Source of the DNA: Eledone cirrhosa
Taxonomy: Eukaryota
Direction of reading: 5' to 3'
Assembly (NCBI GenBank): GCA_964016885.1
Contig: OZ024757.1
Coordinates: forward strand, 2,914,001 to 2,978,000
Length of the DNA stretch: 64,000 nt
Shown: positions 30,480-41,100 of the stretch, piece by piece
Position numbering within the stretch: the stretch's first letter is position 1
Layout of the letters: each line of letters begins with the position of its first letter
Position numbers and translations under genes: made by a program
Notes under the pieces: model-generated
Told to the model about the DNA's origin: nothing
The model's input: the letters and a program-made list of their open reading frames with translations, nothing else
The model's database searches: none

Positions 30480-30483
30480 GATT
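30480..30483 (+). other. Target-site duplication GATT, left copy
   Basis: caattcaaaGATT|tttagg; the uninterrupted monomer reads caattcaaaGATTctttcgagag. A 5-bp AGATT reading is also possible but removes the terminal A of CTACA. Confidence 0.9.
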
Positions 30484-30555
30484 TTTAGGAAATAGATATC
30501 GGTGCACATGCAACATAATATAAAAGACAAAGAGTACTGGTGTGTGTGATAAAGT

Positions 30556-30561
30556 TTTACT
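30556..30561 (-). terminator. Variant poly(A) signal AGTAAA in 3' LTR
   Basis: Positionally equivalent to ATTAAA at 31885-31890 in the 5' LTR; ~70 nt from the LTR end. Confidence 0.35.
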
Positions 30562-30751
30562 TCATAGTAGTCAAAGGTGTATAAGGTAAAGTGTTGTTAC
30601 CCGATGGCTATAATACCATTGTGAAGTTGGTAGAAAATGTCTTGGCGCTCTCATCTCAGGCTGGTGAGCTGGATTGTGCTGGTAACGAAAGGGTCGTCCA
30701 GAGAGAATCACCAGCTATGGTCGAAGATGTTACCACTTTAGGAATCAGGAG

Positions 30752-30865
30752 GCGAGAGAGAGATTTCGCGGTTAATCGCTCCTTTTATCTCTCTTGACCG
30801 GAAGTGACCACTAGGGAGTTTGGTCAATCCCAAAGGGAAGCAACTCCACCTACTTCCTGTCTAGA
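30752..30865 (-). promoter_or_regulatory. U3 promoter-like module of 3' LTR
   Basis: ACCGGAAGT 30797-30805, acttcctgt 30852-30860, GATAAAA 30783-30789 (minus) in the TATA position, CT-rich run at 30754-30763; same order as in the other LTR. Confidence 0.5.
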
Positions 30866-30911
30866 GAACAGCGATTCAATTGTCGTGGCAGGGGAGGCAA
30901 CTCTTACTACA

Positions 30912-30926
30912 GTATCCCCCGCCAGA
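30912..30926 (-). other. Polypurine tract (plus-strand primer site)
   Basis: Minus strand reads ttttaaaaaTCTGGCGGGGGATAC|TGTAGTAAG: a G-rich tract immediately 5' of a TG-starting LTR. Confidence 0.72.
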
Positions 30927-31142
30927 TTTTTAAAACATAAAAAATCGAAAGAAGCATGCATGGAGTAAGATGGCGAGCATGTAAGAGGCATGAAAAATAT
31001 GGTACAGAGTAATGGAAGTAAGAAAAGTCAAAAGTTCAAATGTACAAAATATAGTTCACAGGTGTGCAGTCACATGACAGCAGGAAAGAAAGTGTGTTCC
31101 AGAGAATGAATGCAGGTGGTCTCTGTTCTGTGGTATATCGTG

Positions 31143-31184
31143 AATTTCCAACCTCCGAATGGATTTTCTCACAGGAAGAGTGCT
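31143..31184 (-). pseudogene. Possible decayed remnant of a retrotransposon pol C-terminal basic motif
   Basis: Translates STLPVRKSIRRLEI, reminiscent of the RSxRxxRxPxRL-type tail seen at the end of many Ty3/Gypsy pol ORFs, ~220 nt upstream of the PPT. Pattern recognition only. Confidence 0.22.
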
Positions 31185-31208
31185 GCAAAAATATATTCTC
31201 TGGCTTTG

Positions 31209-31341
31209 GTTGCTGTTGCTGTTGCTGCTGTATTGCTGTTGCTGTTGCTGCTGTTGTATTGCTGTTGTTGCTGCTGTATTGCTGTTGCTGCTGCTGCTGT
31301 ATTGCTGTTGCTGCTGTATTGCTGTTGCTGCTGCTGTTGTT
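31209..31341. repeat. Compound (CTG/TTG)n microsatellite punctuated by TATTGCTGTT units
   Basis: TATT anchors at 31231, 31257, 31277, 31300 and 31317 separated by CTG/TTG triplets. Confidence 0.95.
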
Positions 31342-31807
31342 TCGCTGAGTGAGCGTATTCGGTGTTTAAATTCAAAGTAAAAAATTTTTTTTTTTAGAAA
31401 AAAATGAGTTGCGCAAAGTGCTAGAAATAGCAGCCGAAGTTGATGGTCGATGTTGAGAATGCGTTGACCTGGAAGGGTCAAGAGGCCAGCGACCAGAGAA
31501 ATAAGCATTCCCAATAAATGCGCGGTTATCAACGGTAAATTTACATTGTAAATTTATAAACCGGCAAATAGAAGAATATAGCTTAAGGCTGAAGAATCCC
31601 TGGTGATAAATGGCGTGCGGCTGTCTGTGAGAAGAGACATCTCAGTGAATCGAGAATTTATGCTGCCTACACGTGCCAATACAAGGTTGAAAAAAAAATA
31701 TTTCTAACGCGCGAGAAAAAGATAGTGCAATTTTGAAAGTGACAATGATGAAAAAGAAAGGCTTCAATCAGCATAATTATATTTTGAACTTTGAGCTCTT
31801 CTATTAC

Positions 31808-31822
31808 TTTTACTTTTCACCA
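31808..31822 (-). other. Degenerate or truncated primer-binding site
   Basis: Minus strand ...cgctata|ag|TGGTGAAAAGTAAAA. TGG (complement of tRNA CCA) is at the canonical 2-nt spacing from the LTR end; I cannot assign a tRNA. Confidence 0.45.
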
Positions 31823-31824
31823 CT

Positions 31825-32189
31825 TATAGCGATGAACGGGGTGTATGAATGTAACAAAACGAGACAATGTTTGTGTATATAATATTTAATTAACGGTAGA
31901 TAGAATACTTGACATGTCAAAGATAGATGTTAGAATGAAACAAAGTTAGTAGTTACCGTTTTGATTGCCAGGCAAACGCGGCTGGCAGAGGGCGCCTGGC
32001 TAAGGCCAGGCGCCTGTTGGCCAAATTAATGGCAGAGCCAAATGAGAAGACTCTTGACCTGGTGCCGAAAAGGCAAAGAGAGAGAGGAAGCTTAAAGTTG
32101 TTAGTTTTATAGGGCTCTGACCGGAAGTTTGAGAAAGGGTTCCACTTCCCGTCTAGATCCCAATCAAAACAAGGGAGACAACCGCTACA
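31825..32189 (-). repeat. Putative 5' LTR (365 bp)
   Basis: Terminal inverted repeat tatagcg...cgctaca (6/7 match); TATAAAA (32105-32111, minus), ATTAAA (31885-31890, minus); followed on the minus strand by AG-TGGTG. Confidence 0.72.
32075..32157 (-). promoter_or_regulatory. U3 promoter of 5' LTR: inverted GGAAGT (ETS-like) pair, TATA box, pyrimidine-rich initiator region
   Basis: ACCGGAAGT 32120-32128, acttcccgt 32144-32152, TATAAAA 32105-32111 (minus), CT-rich run ~20-30 nt downstream on the minus strand. Confidence 0.55.
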
Positions 32190-32193
32190 GATT
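32190..32193 (+). other. Target-site duplication GATT, right copy
   Basis: accgctaca|GATTctttcgagagatattctt. Confidence 0.9.
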
Positions 32194-35100
32194 CTTTCGA
32201 GAGATATTCTTACCACATGTTTGTAGTATCAGAGCTGTGATCTCTCAATTCAGAGATTCTTTCCTGAGACATTCTAACCACATGTCTGTAGTATCAGAGC
32301 TGTGATCTCTCAATTCAGAGATTCTTTCCAGAGACATTCTAGCCACATGTCTATAGTATCAGAGCTGTGATCTCTCAATTCAGAGATTCTTTCCTGAGTG
32401 ATTCTAACCACATGTCTGTAGTATCAGAGGTGTGATTTCTCAATTCAGAGATTCTTTCCTGAGACATTCTAACCAGATGTCTATAGTTTCAGAGCTTTGA
32501 TCTCTCAATTCAGAGATTCTTTCCTGAGACATTCTAACCACATGTCTATAGTATCAGAGCTGTGATCTCTCAATTCAGAGATTCTTTCCTGAGACATTCT
32601 AACCACATGGCTGTAGTATCAGAGCTGTGATCTCTCAATTCAAAGATTCATTCCTGAGATAATTCTAACCCCATATCTATAGTATCAGAGCTGTGATCTC
32701 TCAATTCAGAAATTCTTTCCTGAGACATTCTAACCACATATCGGTAGTATCAAAGCTGTGATCTCTCAATGCAGAGATTCTTTCCTGACACATTCTAACC
32801 ACATGTCTATAGTATCAGAGCTGTGATCTCTCAATTCAGAGATTCTTTCCTGAGACATTCAAACCACATGTCTATAGTATCAGAGCTGTGATCTCTCAAT
32901 TCAGAGATTCTTTCCTGAGGCATTCTAACCACATGTCTAAAGTATCACAGCTGTGATCTCTCAATTCAGAGATTCTTTCCTGAAACATTCAAACCACATG
33001 TCTGTAGTATCAGAGGTGTGATCTCTCAATTCAAAGATTCTTTCCTGAGACATTCTAACTACACATCTGTAGTATCAGAGCTGTAATCTCTCAATTCATA
33101 GATTCTTTCCAGAGACATTCTAACCACATGACCATAGTATCAGAGCTGTAATCTCTCAATTCAGAGATTCTTTCCAGAGACATTCTAACCACATGTCTAT
33201 AGTATCAGCGCTGTGATCTCTCCATTCAGAGATTCTTTCCTGAGACATTCTAACCACATGTCTGTAGTATCAGAGCTGTGATCTCTCAATTCAGAGATTC
33301 TTTCCTGAGACATTCTAACCACATGGCTGTAGTATCAGAGCTGTCATCTCTCAATTGAAAGATTCATTCCTGAGATAATTCTAAACCCATATCTATAGTA
33401 TCAGAGCTGTGATCTCTCAATTCAAAGATTCTTTCCTGAGACATTCTAGCCACATGTCTATAGTATCAGAGCTGTGATCTCTTAATTCAGAGATTATTTC
33501 TTGAGACATTCTAACTACATGTCTGTAGTATCAGAGCTGTGATCTCTCAATTTAGAGATTCTTTCCTGAGACATTCTAACCACATATCTGTAGTATTGGA
33601 GCTGTGATCTCTCAATTCAGAGTTTCCTTCCTGAGACATTCTAAGCACATGTCTATAGTATCAGAGCTGTGATCTCTAAATTCAAAAATTCTATCCTGAG
33701 ATATTCTTACCACATATCGGTAGTATCAGAGCTGTGATCTCTCAATGCAGAGATTCTTTCCTGAGACATTCTAACCACATGTCTATAGTATCAGAACTGT
33801 TTTCTCTCAATTCAGAGATTCTTTCCTGAGACATTCTAACCACATGTCTTAAGTATCAGAGCTGTGATCTCTCAATTCAGAGATTCTTTCCTGAGACATT
33901 CAAACCACATGTCTGTAGTATCAGAGGTGTGATCTCTCAATTCAAAGATTATTTCCTGAGACATTCTAACCAAATGACAATAGTATCAGAGCTGTGATCT
34001 CTCAATTCAGAGATTCTTTCCAGAGACATTCTAACCACATGACCATAGTATCAGAGCTGTGATCTCTCAATTCAGAGATTCTTTCCAGAGACATTCTAAC
34101 CCAATGTCTATAGTATCAGAGATGTGATCTCCCCATTCAGAGATTCTTTCCTGAGACATTCTAACCACATGTCTGTAGTATCAGAGCTGTGATCTCTCAA
34201 TTCAGAGATTCTTTCCTGAGACATTCTAACCACATGTCTATAGTGTCAGAGCTGTGATCTCTCAATTCAGAGATTCTTTCCTGAGACATTCTAATCACTT
34301 GGCTGTAGTATCAGAGCTGTGATCTCTCAATTCAGAGACTCTTTCCTGAGGCATTCTAACCACATGTCTAAAGTGTCAGAGCTGTGATCTCTCAATTCAG
34401 AGATTCTTTCCTGAGACATTCAAACCACATGTCTGTAGTATCAGAGGTGTGATCTCTCAATTCAAAGATTCTTTCCTGAGACATTCTAACTACATGTCTG
34501 TAGTATCAGAGCTGTGATCTCTCAATTCATAGATTCTTTGCAGAGACATTCTAACCACATGACCATAGTATCAGAGCTGTGATCTCTCAATTCAGAGGTT
34601 CTTTCCAGAGACGTTCTAACCACATGTCTATAGTATCAGAGCTGTGATCTCTCCATTGAGAGATTCTTTCCTGAGACATTATAACCACATGGCTGTAGTA
34701 TCAGAGCTGTGATCTCTCAATTCAAAGATTCTTTCCTGAGATAATTCTAAACACATATCTATAGTATCAGAGCTGTGATCTCTCAATTCAGAGATTCTTT
34801 CCTGAGACATTCTAACCACATGTCTGTAGTATCAGAGCTGTGATCTCTCAATTCAGAGATCATTTCCTGAAACATTCTAACTACATGTCTGTAGTATCAG
34901 AGCTGTGATCCCTCAATTTAGAGATTCTTTCCTGAGACATTCTAACCACATATCTGTAGTATCAGAGCTGTGATCTCTCAATCAGGAGTTTCTGTCCTGA
35001 GACATTCTAAGCACATGGCTGTAGTATCAGAGCTGTGATCTCTCAATTCAGAAATTCTTTCCTGAGATATTCTAACCACATATCGGTAGTATCAGAGCTG

Positions 35101-38100
35101 TGATCTCTCAATGCAGAGATTCTTTCCTGAGACATTCTAACCACATGTCTAAAGTATCAGAGCTGTGATCTCTCAATTCAGAGATTCTTTCCTGAGACAT
35201 TCAAACCACATGTCTGTAGTATCAGAGGTGTGATCTCTCAATTCAAAGATTCTTTCCTGAGACATTCTAACTACATGTCTGTAGTATCAGAGCTGTGATC
35301 TCTCAATTCAGAGATTCTTTCCAGAGGCATTCTAACCACATGACCATAGTATCAGAGCTGTGATCTCTCAATTCAGAGATTCTTTCCAGAGACATTCTAA
35401 CCACATGTCTACAGTATCAGATATGTGATCTCTCCATTCAGAGATTCTTTCCTGAGACATTCTAACCACATGTCTGTAGTATCAGAGCTGTGATATCTCA
35501 ATTCAGAGATTCTTTCCTGACACATTCTAACCACACGTCTATACTATCAGAGCTGTGATCTCTCAATTCAGAGATTCGTTCCTGAGACATTCTAAACACA
35601 TGGCTGTAGTATCAGAGCTGTGATCTCTCAATTCAAAGATTCTTTCCTGATATAATTCTAACCACATATCTATAGTATCAGAGCTGTGATCTCTCAATTC
35701 AAAGATTCTTTCGAGAGATATTCTTACCACATGTTTGTAGTATCAGAGCTGTGATCTCTCAATTCAGAGATTCTTTCCTGACACATTCTAACCACATGTC
35801 TGTAGTATCAGAGCTGTGATCTCTCAATTCAGAGATTCTTTCCTGAGACATTCTAGCCACATGTCTATAGTATCAGAGCTGTGATTTCTCAATTCAGAGA
35901 TTCGTTGCTGAGTGATTCTAACCACATGTCTGTAGTATCAGAGGTGTGATTTCTCAATTCAGAGATTCTTTCCTGAGATATTCTAACCATATGTCTATAG
36001 TTTCAGAGCTTTGATCTCTCAATTCAGAGATTCTTTCCTGAGACATTCTAACCACATGTCTATAGTATCAGAGCTGTGATCTCTCAATTCAGAGATTCTT
36101 TCCTGAGACATTGTAACCACATGGCTGTAGTATCAGAGCTGTGATCTCTCAATTCAAAGATTCTTTCCTGAGATAATTCTAACCACATATCTATAGTATC
36201 AGAGCTGTGATCTCTCAATTCAAAGATTCTTTCCAGAGATATTCTTACCACATGTCTGTAGTATCAGAGCTGTGATCTCTCAATTCAAAGATTCTTTCCA
36301 GAGATATTCTTACCACATGTCTGTAGTATCAGAGCTGTGATCTCTCAATTCAGAGATTCTTTCCTGAGACATTCTAGCCACATGTCTAAAGTATCAGAGC
36401 TGTGATCTCTCAATTCAGAGATTCTTTCCTGAGTGATTCTAACCACATGTCAGTAGTATCAGAGGTGTGATCTCTCAATTCAGAGATTCCTTCCAGAGAC
36501 ACACTAACCACATGTCTGTAGTATCAGAGCTGTGATCTCTCAATTCAGAGTTTCTTTCCTGAGACATTCTAAGCACATATTTATAGTATCAGAGCTGTGA
36601 TCTCTCAATTCAGAGATTCTTTCCAGAGACATTCTAACCACATGAAGATAGTATCAGAGCTGTGATCTCTCAATTCAGAGATTCTTTCCAGAGACACACT
36701 AACCACATTGTCTGTAGTATCAGAGCTGTGATCTCTCAATTCAGAGTTTCTTTCCTGAGACATTCTAAGCACATGTCTATTGTATCAGAGCTGTGATCCC
36801 TCAATTTAGAGATTCTTTCCTGAGTCATTCTAACCACATATCTGTAGTATCAGAGCTGTGATCTCTCAATTCAGAGATTATTTCCTGAGACATTCTAACT
36901 ACATGTCTGTAGTATCAGAGCTGTGATCTCCCAATCCAGCGATTCTTACCTCAGAGATTCTAACCACATGTCTATAGAATCATAGCTGTGATCTCGCAAT
37001 TCAGAGATCCTTTCCTCAGACATTCTAACCACATGTCTGTAGTGTCAGAGCTGTGATATCTCAAACCAGAGATTTTTTCCAGAGACATTCTAACCACATG
37101 TCTGTAGTATCAGAGCTGTGATCTCTCATTTCAGAGATTCATTCCCAAGACATTCTAACCACATGTCTATAGTATCAGAGATGTGATCTCTCAATTCAGA
37201 GATTCTTTCCTGAGACATTCTAACCAAATGACAATAGTATCAGAGCTGTGATCTCTCAATTCAGAGATTCTTTCCAGTGACACACTAAGCACATGTCTGT
37301 AGTATCAGAGCTGTGATCTCTCAATTCAGAGTTTCTTTCCTGAGACATTCTAAGCACATGTCTATAGTATCAGAGCTGTGATCTCTCAATTCAGAAATTC
37401 TTTCCTGAGACATTCTAACAACATATCGGTAGTATCAGAGCAGTGATCTCTCAATTCAGAGATTATTTCCTGAGACATTCTAATTACATGTCTGTAGTAT
37501 CAGAGCTGTGATCTCTCAATTTAGAGATTCTTTCCTGAGACATTCTAACCACATATCTGTAGTATCAGAGCTGTGATCACTCAATTCAGAGAATCTTTCC
37601 TGAGACATTCTAACTACATGTCTGTAGTATTAGAGCTGTAATCTCTCAATTCATAGATTCTTTGCAGAGACATTCTAACCACATGACAATAGTATCAGAG
37701 CTGTGATCTCTCAATTCAGAGGTTCTTTCCAGAGACGTTCTAACCACATGTCTATAGTATCAGAGATGTGATCTCTCCATTGAGAGATTCTTTCCTGAGA
37801 CATTCTAACCACATGGCTGTAGTATCAGAGCTGTGATCTCTCAATTCAAAGATTCTTTCCTGAGATAATTCTAACCACATATCTATATTATCAGAGCTGT
37901 GATCTCTCAATTCAAAGATTCTTTCCAGAGATATTCTTACCACATGTCTGTAGTATCAGAGCTGTGATCTCTCAATTCAGAGATTCTTTCCTGAGACATT
38001 CTAACCACATGTCTGTAGTATCAGAGCTGTGATCTCTCAATTCAGAGATTCTTTCCTGAGACATTCTAGCCACATGTCTATAGTATCAGAGCTGTGATCT

Positions 38101-41100
38101 CTCAATTCAGAGATTCTTTCCTGAGTGATTCTAACCACATGTCAGTAATATCAGAGGTGTGATCTCTCAATTCAGAGATTCTTTCCTGAGACATTCTAAC
38201 CAGATGTCTGTAGAATCAGAGCTGTGATCTCTCAATTCAGAGATCATGTCCTGAAACATTCTAACTACATGTCTGTAGTATCAGAGCTGTGATCCCTCAA
38301 TTTAGAGATTCTTTCCTGAGACATTCTAACCACATATCTGTAGTATCAGAGCTGTGATCTCTCAATTCAGAGTTTCTTTCCTGAGACATTCTAAGCACAT
38401 CTATAGTATCAGAGCTGTGATCTCTCAATTCAGAAATTCTTTCCTGAGATATTCTAACCACATATCGGTAATATCAGAGCTGTGATCTCTCAATGCAGAG
38501 ATTCTTTCCTGAGACATTCTAACAACATGTCTATAGTATCAGAACTGTTTTCTCTTAATTCAGAGATTCTTTCCTGAGACATTCTAACCACATGTCTAAA
38601 GTATCAGAGCTGTGATCTCTCAATTCAGGGATTCTTTCCTGAGACATTCAAACTAAATGTCTGTAGTATCAGAGCTGTGATCTCTCAACTCAGAGATTCT
38701 TTCCAGAGACATTCTAGCCACATGTCTGTAGTATCAGAGCTGTGATCTCTCAACTCAGAGATTCTTTCCAGAGACATTCTAGCCACATGTCTATAGTATC
38801 AGAGCTGTGATCTCTCAATTCAGAGATTCTTTCCTGAGTAATTCTAACCACTTGTCTGTAGTATCAGAGGTGTGATTTCTCAATTCAGAGATTCTTTCCT
38901 GAGACATTCTAACCAGATATCTATAGTTTCAGAGCTTTGATCTCTCAATTCAGAGATTCTTTCCTGAGTAATTCTAACCACATGTCTATAGTATCAGAGC
39001 TGTGATCTCTCAATTCAGAGATTCTTTCCTGAGACATTCTAACCACATGGCTGTAGTATCAGAGCTGTGATCTCTCAATTCAGAGATTCTTTCCTGAGAC
39101 ATTCTAACCACATGTCTGTAGTATCAGAGCTGTGATCTCTCAACTCAGAGATTCTTTCCAAAGACATTCTAGCCACATGTCTATAGTATCAGAGCTGTGA
39201 TCTCTCAATTCAGAGATTCTTTCCTGAGTAATTCTAACCACTTGTCTGTAGTATCAGAGGTGTGATTTCTCAATTCAGAGATTCTTTCCTGAGACATTCT
39301 AACCAGATATCTATAGTTTCAGATCTTTGATCTCTCAATTCAGAGATTCTTTCCTGAGTAATTCTAACCACATGTCTATAGTATCAGAGCTGTGATCTCT
39401 CAATTCAGAGATTCTTTCCTGAGACATTCTAACCACATGGCTGTAGTATCAGAGCTGTGATCTCTCAATTCAAAGATTCTTTCCTGAGATAATTTTAACC
39501 ACATATCTATAGTATCAGAGCTGTGATCTCTCAATTCAAAGATTCTTTCCAGAGATATTCTTACCACATGTCTGTAGTATCAGAGCTGTGATCTCTCAAT
39601 TCAGAGATTCTTTCCTGAGTGATTCTAACCACATGTCAGTAGAATCAGAGCTGTGATCTCTCAATTCAGAGATTCTTTCCTGAGACATTCTAACCAGATG
39701 TTTGTAGTATCAGAGCTGTGATCTCTCAATTCAGAGATTCTTTCCAGAGACATTCTAACCACATGAAAATAGTATCAGAGCTGTGATCTCTCAATTCAGA
39801 GATTCTTTCCAGAGACACACTAACCACATTGTCTATTGTATCAGAGCTGTGATCTCTCAATTCAGAAATTCTTTCCTGAGACATTCTAACCACATATCGG
39901 TAGTATCAGAGCTGTATTCTCTCAATTCAGATATCATTTCCTGAAACATTCTAACTACATGTCTGTAGTATCAGAGCTGTGATCCCTCAATTCAAAGATT
40001 CTTTCCAGAGATATTCTAACCACATATCTGTAGTATCAGAGCTGTGATCTCTCAATTCAGAGATTATTTCCTGAGACATTCTAACTACATGTCTGTAGTA
40101 TCAGAGCTGTGATCTCCCAATCCAGCGATTCTTACCTCAGAGATTCTAACCACATGTCTATAGAATCATAGCTGTGATCTCGCAATTCAGAGATCCTTTC
40201 CTCAGACATTCTAACCACATGTCTGTAGTATCAGAGCTGTGATATCTCAAACCAGAGATTCTTTCCAGAGACATTCTAACCACATGTCTGTAGTATCAGA
40301 GCTGTGATCTCTCATTTCAGAGATTCATTCCCAAGACATTCTAATCACATGTCTATAGTATCAGAGATGTGATCTCTCAATTCAGAGATTCTTTCCTGAG
40401 ACATTCTAACCAAATGACAATAGTATCAGAGCTGTGATCTCTCAATTCAGAGATTCTTTCCAGTGACACACTAAGCACATGTCTGTAGTATCAGAGCTGT
40501 GATCTCTCAATTCAGAGTTTCTTTCCTGAGACATTCTAAGCACATGTCTATAGTATCAGAGCTGTGATCTCTCAATTCAGAAATTCTTTCCTGAGACATT
40601 CTAACCACATATCGGTAGTATCAGAGCTGTGATCTCTCAATTCAGAGATTATTTCCTGAGACATTCTATCTACATGTCTGTAGTATCAGAGCTGTGATCT
40701 CTCAATTTAGAGATTCTTTCCTGAGACATTCTAACCACATATCTGTAGTATCAGAGCTGTGAACTCTCAATTCAGAGTTTATTTCCTGAGACATTCGAAG
40801 CACATGTCTATAGTATCAGAGCTGTGATCTCTCAATTTAGAGATTCTTTCCTGAGACATTCTAACCACATATCTGTAGTATCAGAGCTGTGATCTCTCAA
40901 TTCAGAGATTCTTTCCTGAGGCATTCTAACCACATGTCTAAAGTGTCAGAGCTGTGATCTCTCAATTCAGAGATTCTTTCCTGAGACATTCAAACCACAT
41001 GACCATAGTATCAGAGCTGTGATCTCTCAATTCAGAGGTTCTTTCCTGAGACATTCTAACCACATATCTATAGTATCAGAGCTGTGATCTCTCAATTCAA

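Larger units (their letters stand above)
1..30483. repeat. 65-bp tandem satellite array, left arm (~469 monomers, open at window start)
   Basis: Uninterrupted head-to-tail copies of ctctcaattcagagattctttcctgagacattctaaccacatgtct(g/a)tagtatcagagctgtgat with a few substitutions per monomer and occasional 66-bp variants (tgagataattct, tgatataattct, cttttactgag). Single orientation. Confidence 0.99.
30484..30911 (-). repeat. Putative 3' LTR (428 bp)
   Basis: Imperfect terminal inverted repeat tttaggaa...ttactaca (6/8 match); directly follows the PPT on the minus strand; motifs colinear with 31825-32189. Confidence 0.75.
30484..32189 (-). mobile_element. Non-autonomous LTR-retrotransposon-like insertion (TRIM-like size, probably Ty3/Gypsy-derived), 1706 bp, with two dissimilar LTRs
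   Basis: Non-satellite sequence flanked by GATT on both sides. Minus strand starts TGTAGCGG; a purine tract abuts an internal TGTAG (30911); a TGGTG PBS-like start lies 2 nt after the first LTR; the two terminal segments carry colinear motifs. No gag/RT/integrase ORF. Superfamily is inferred only from the termini and 4-bp TSD. Confidence 0.8.

Noticed and set aside
30591-30797. 68-aa ORF (and the 87-aa ORF at 31953-32216)
   Set aside because: They lie within LTR-like sequence, lack an ATG start or begin in the satellite, and have no recognisable motif.
30901-30916. Similarity of the LTR end (tactacagtatc) to satellite tgtagta / ctacagtatc
   Set aside because: Only 7-10 bp and not extendable; compatible with chance.
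31379-31404. A6-T11-AG-A7 tract as a terminator or retroposed tail
   Set aside because: Internal low-complexity run with no flanking duplication.
31056-31532. Five overlapping ORFs rich in Q, L, C or A
   Set aside because: All are opened by the stop-free CTG/TTG repeat on both strands, with frames cycling at each TA interruption; no recognisable domain.
30484-32189. MITE, LINE/SINE, Helitron or DIRS interpretation
   Set aside because: No long terminal inverted repeats, no terminal poly(A) tail, and a TSD is present; the PPT and PBS-like layout with direct-orientation homologous ends fits an LTR design better.
30484-32189. Assembly chimera or contaminant
   Set aside because: The TSD and in-phase continuation of the monomer-variant order on both sides indicate a true insertion, though reads were not available.
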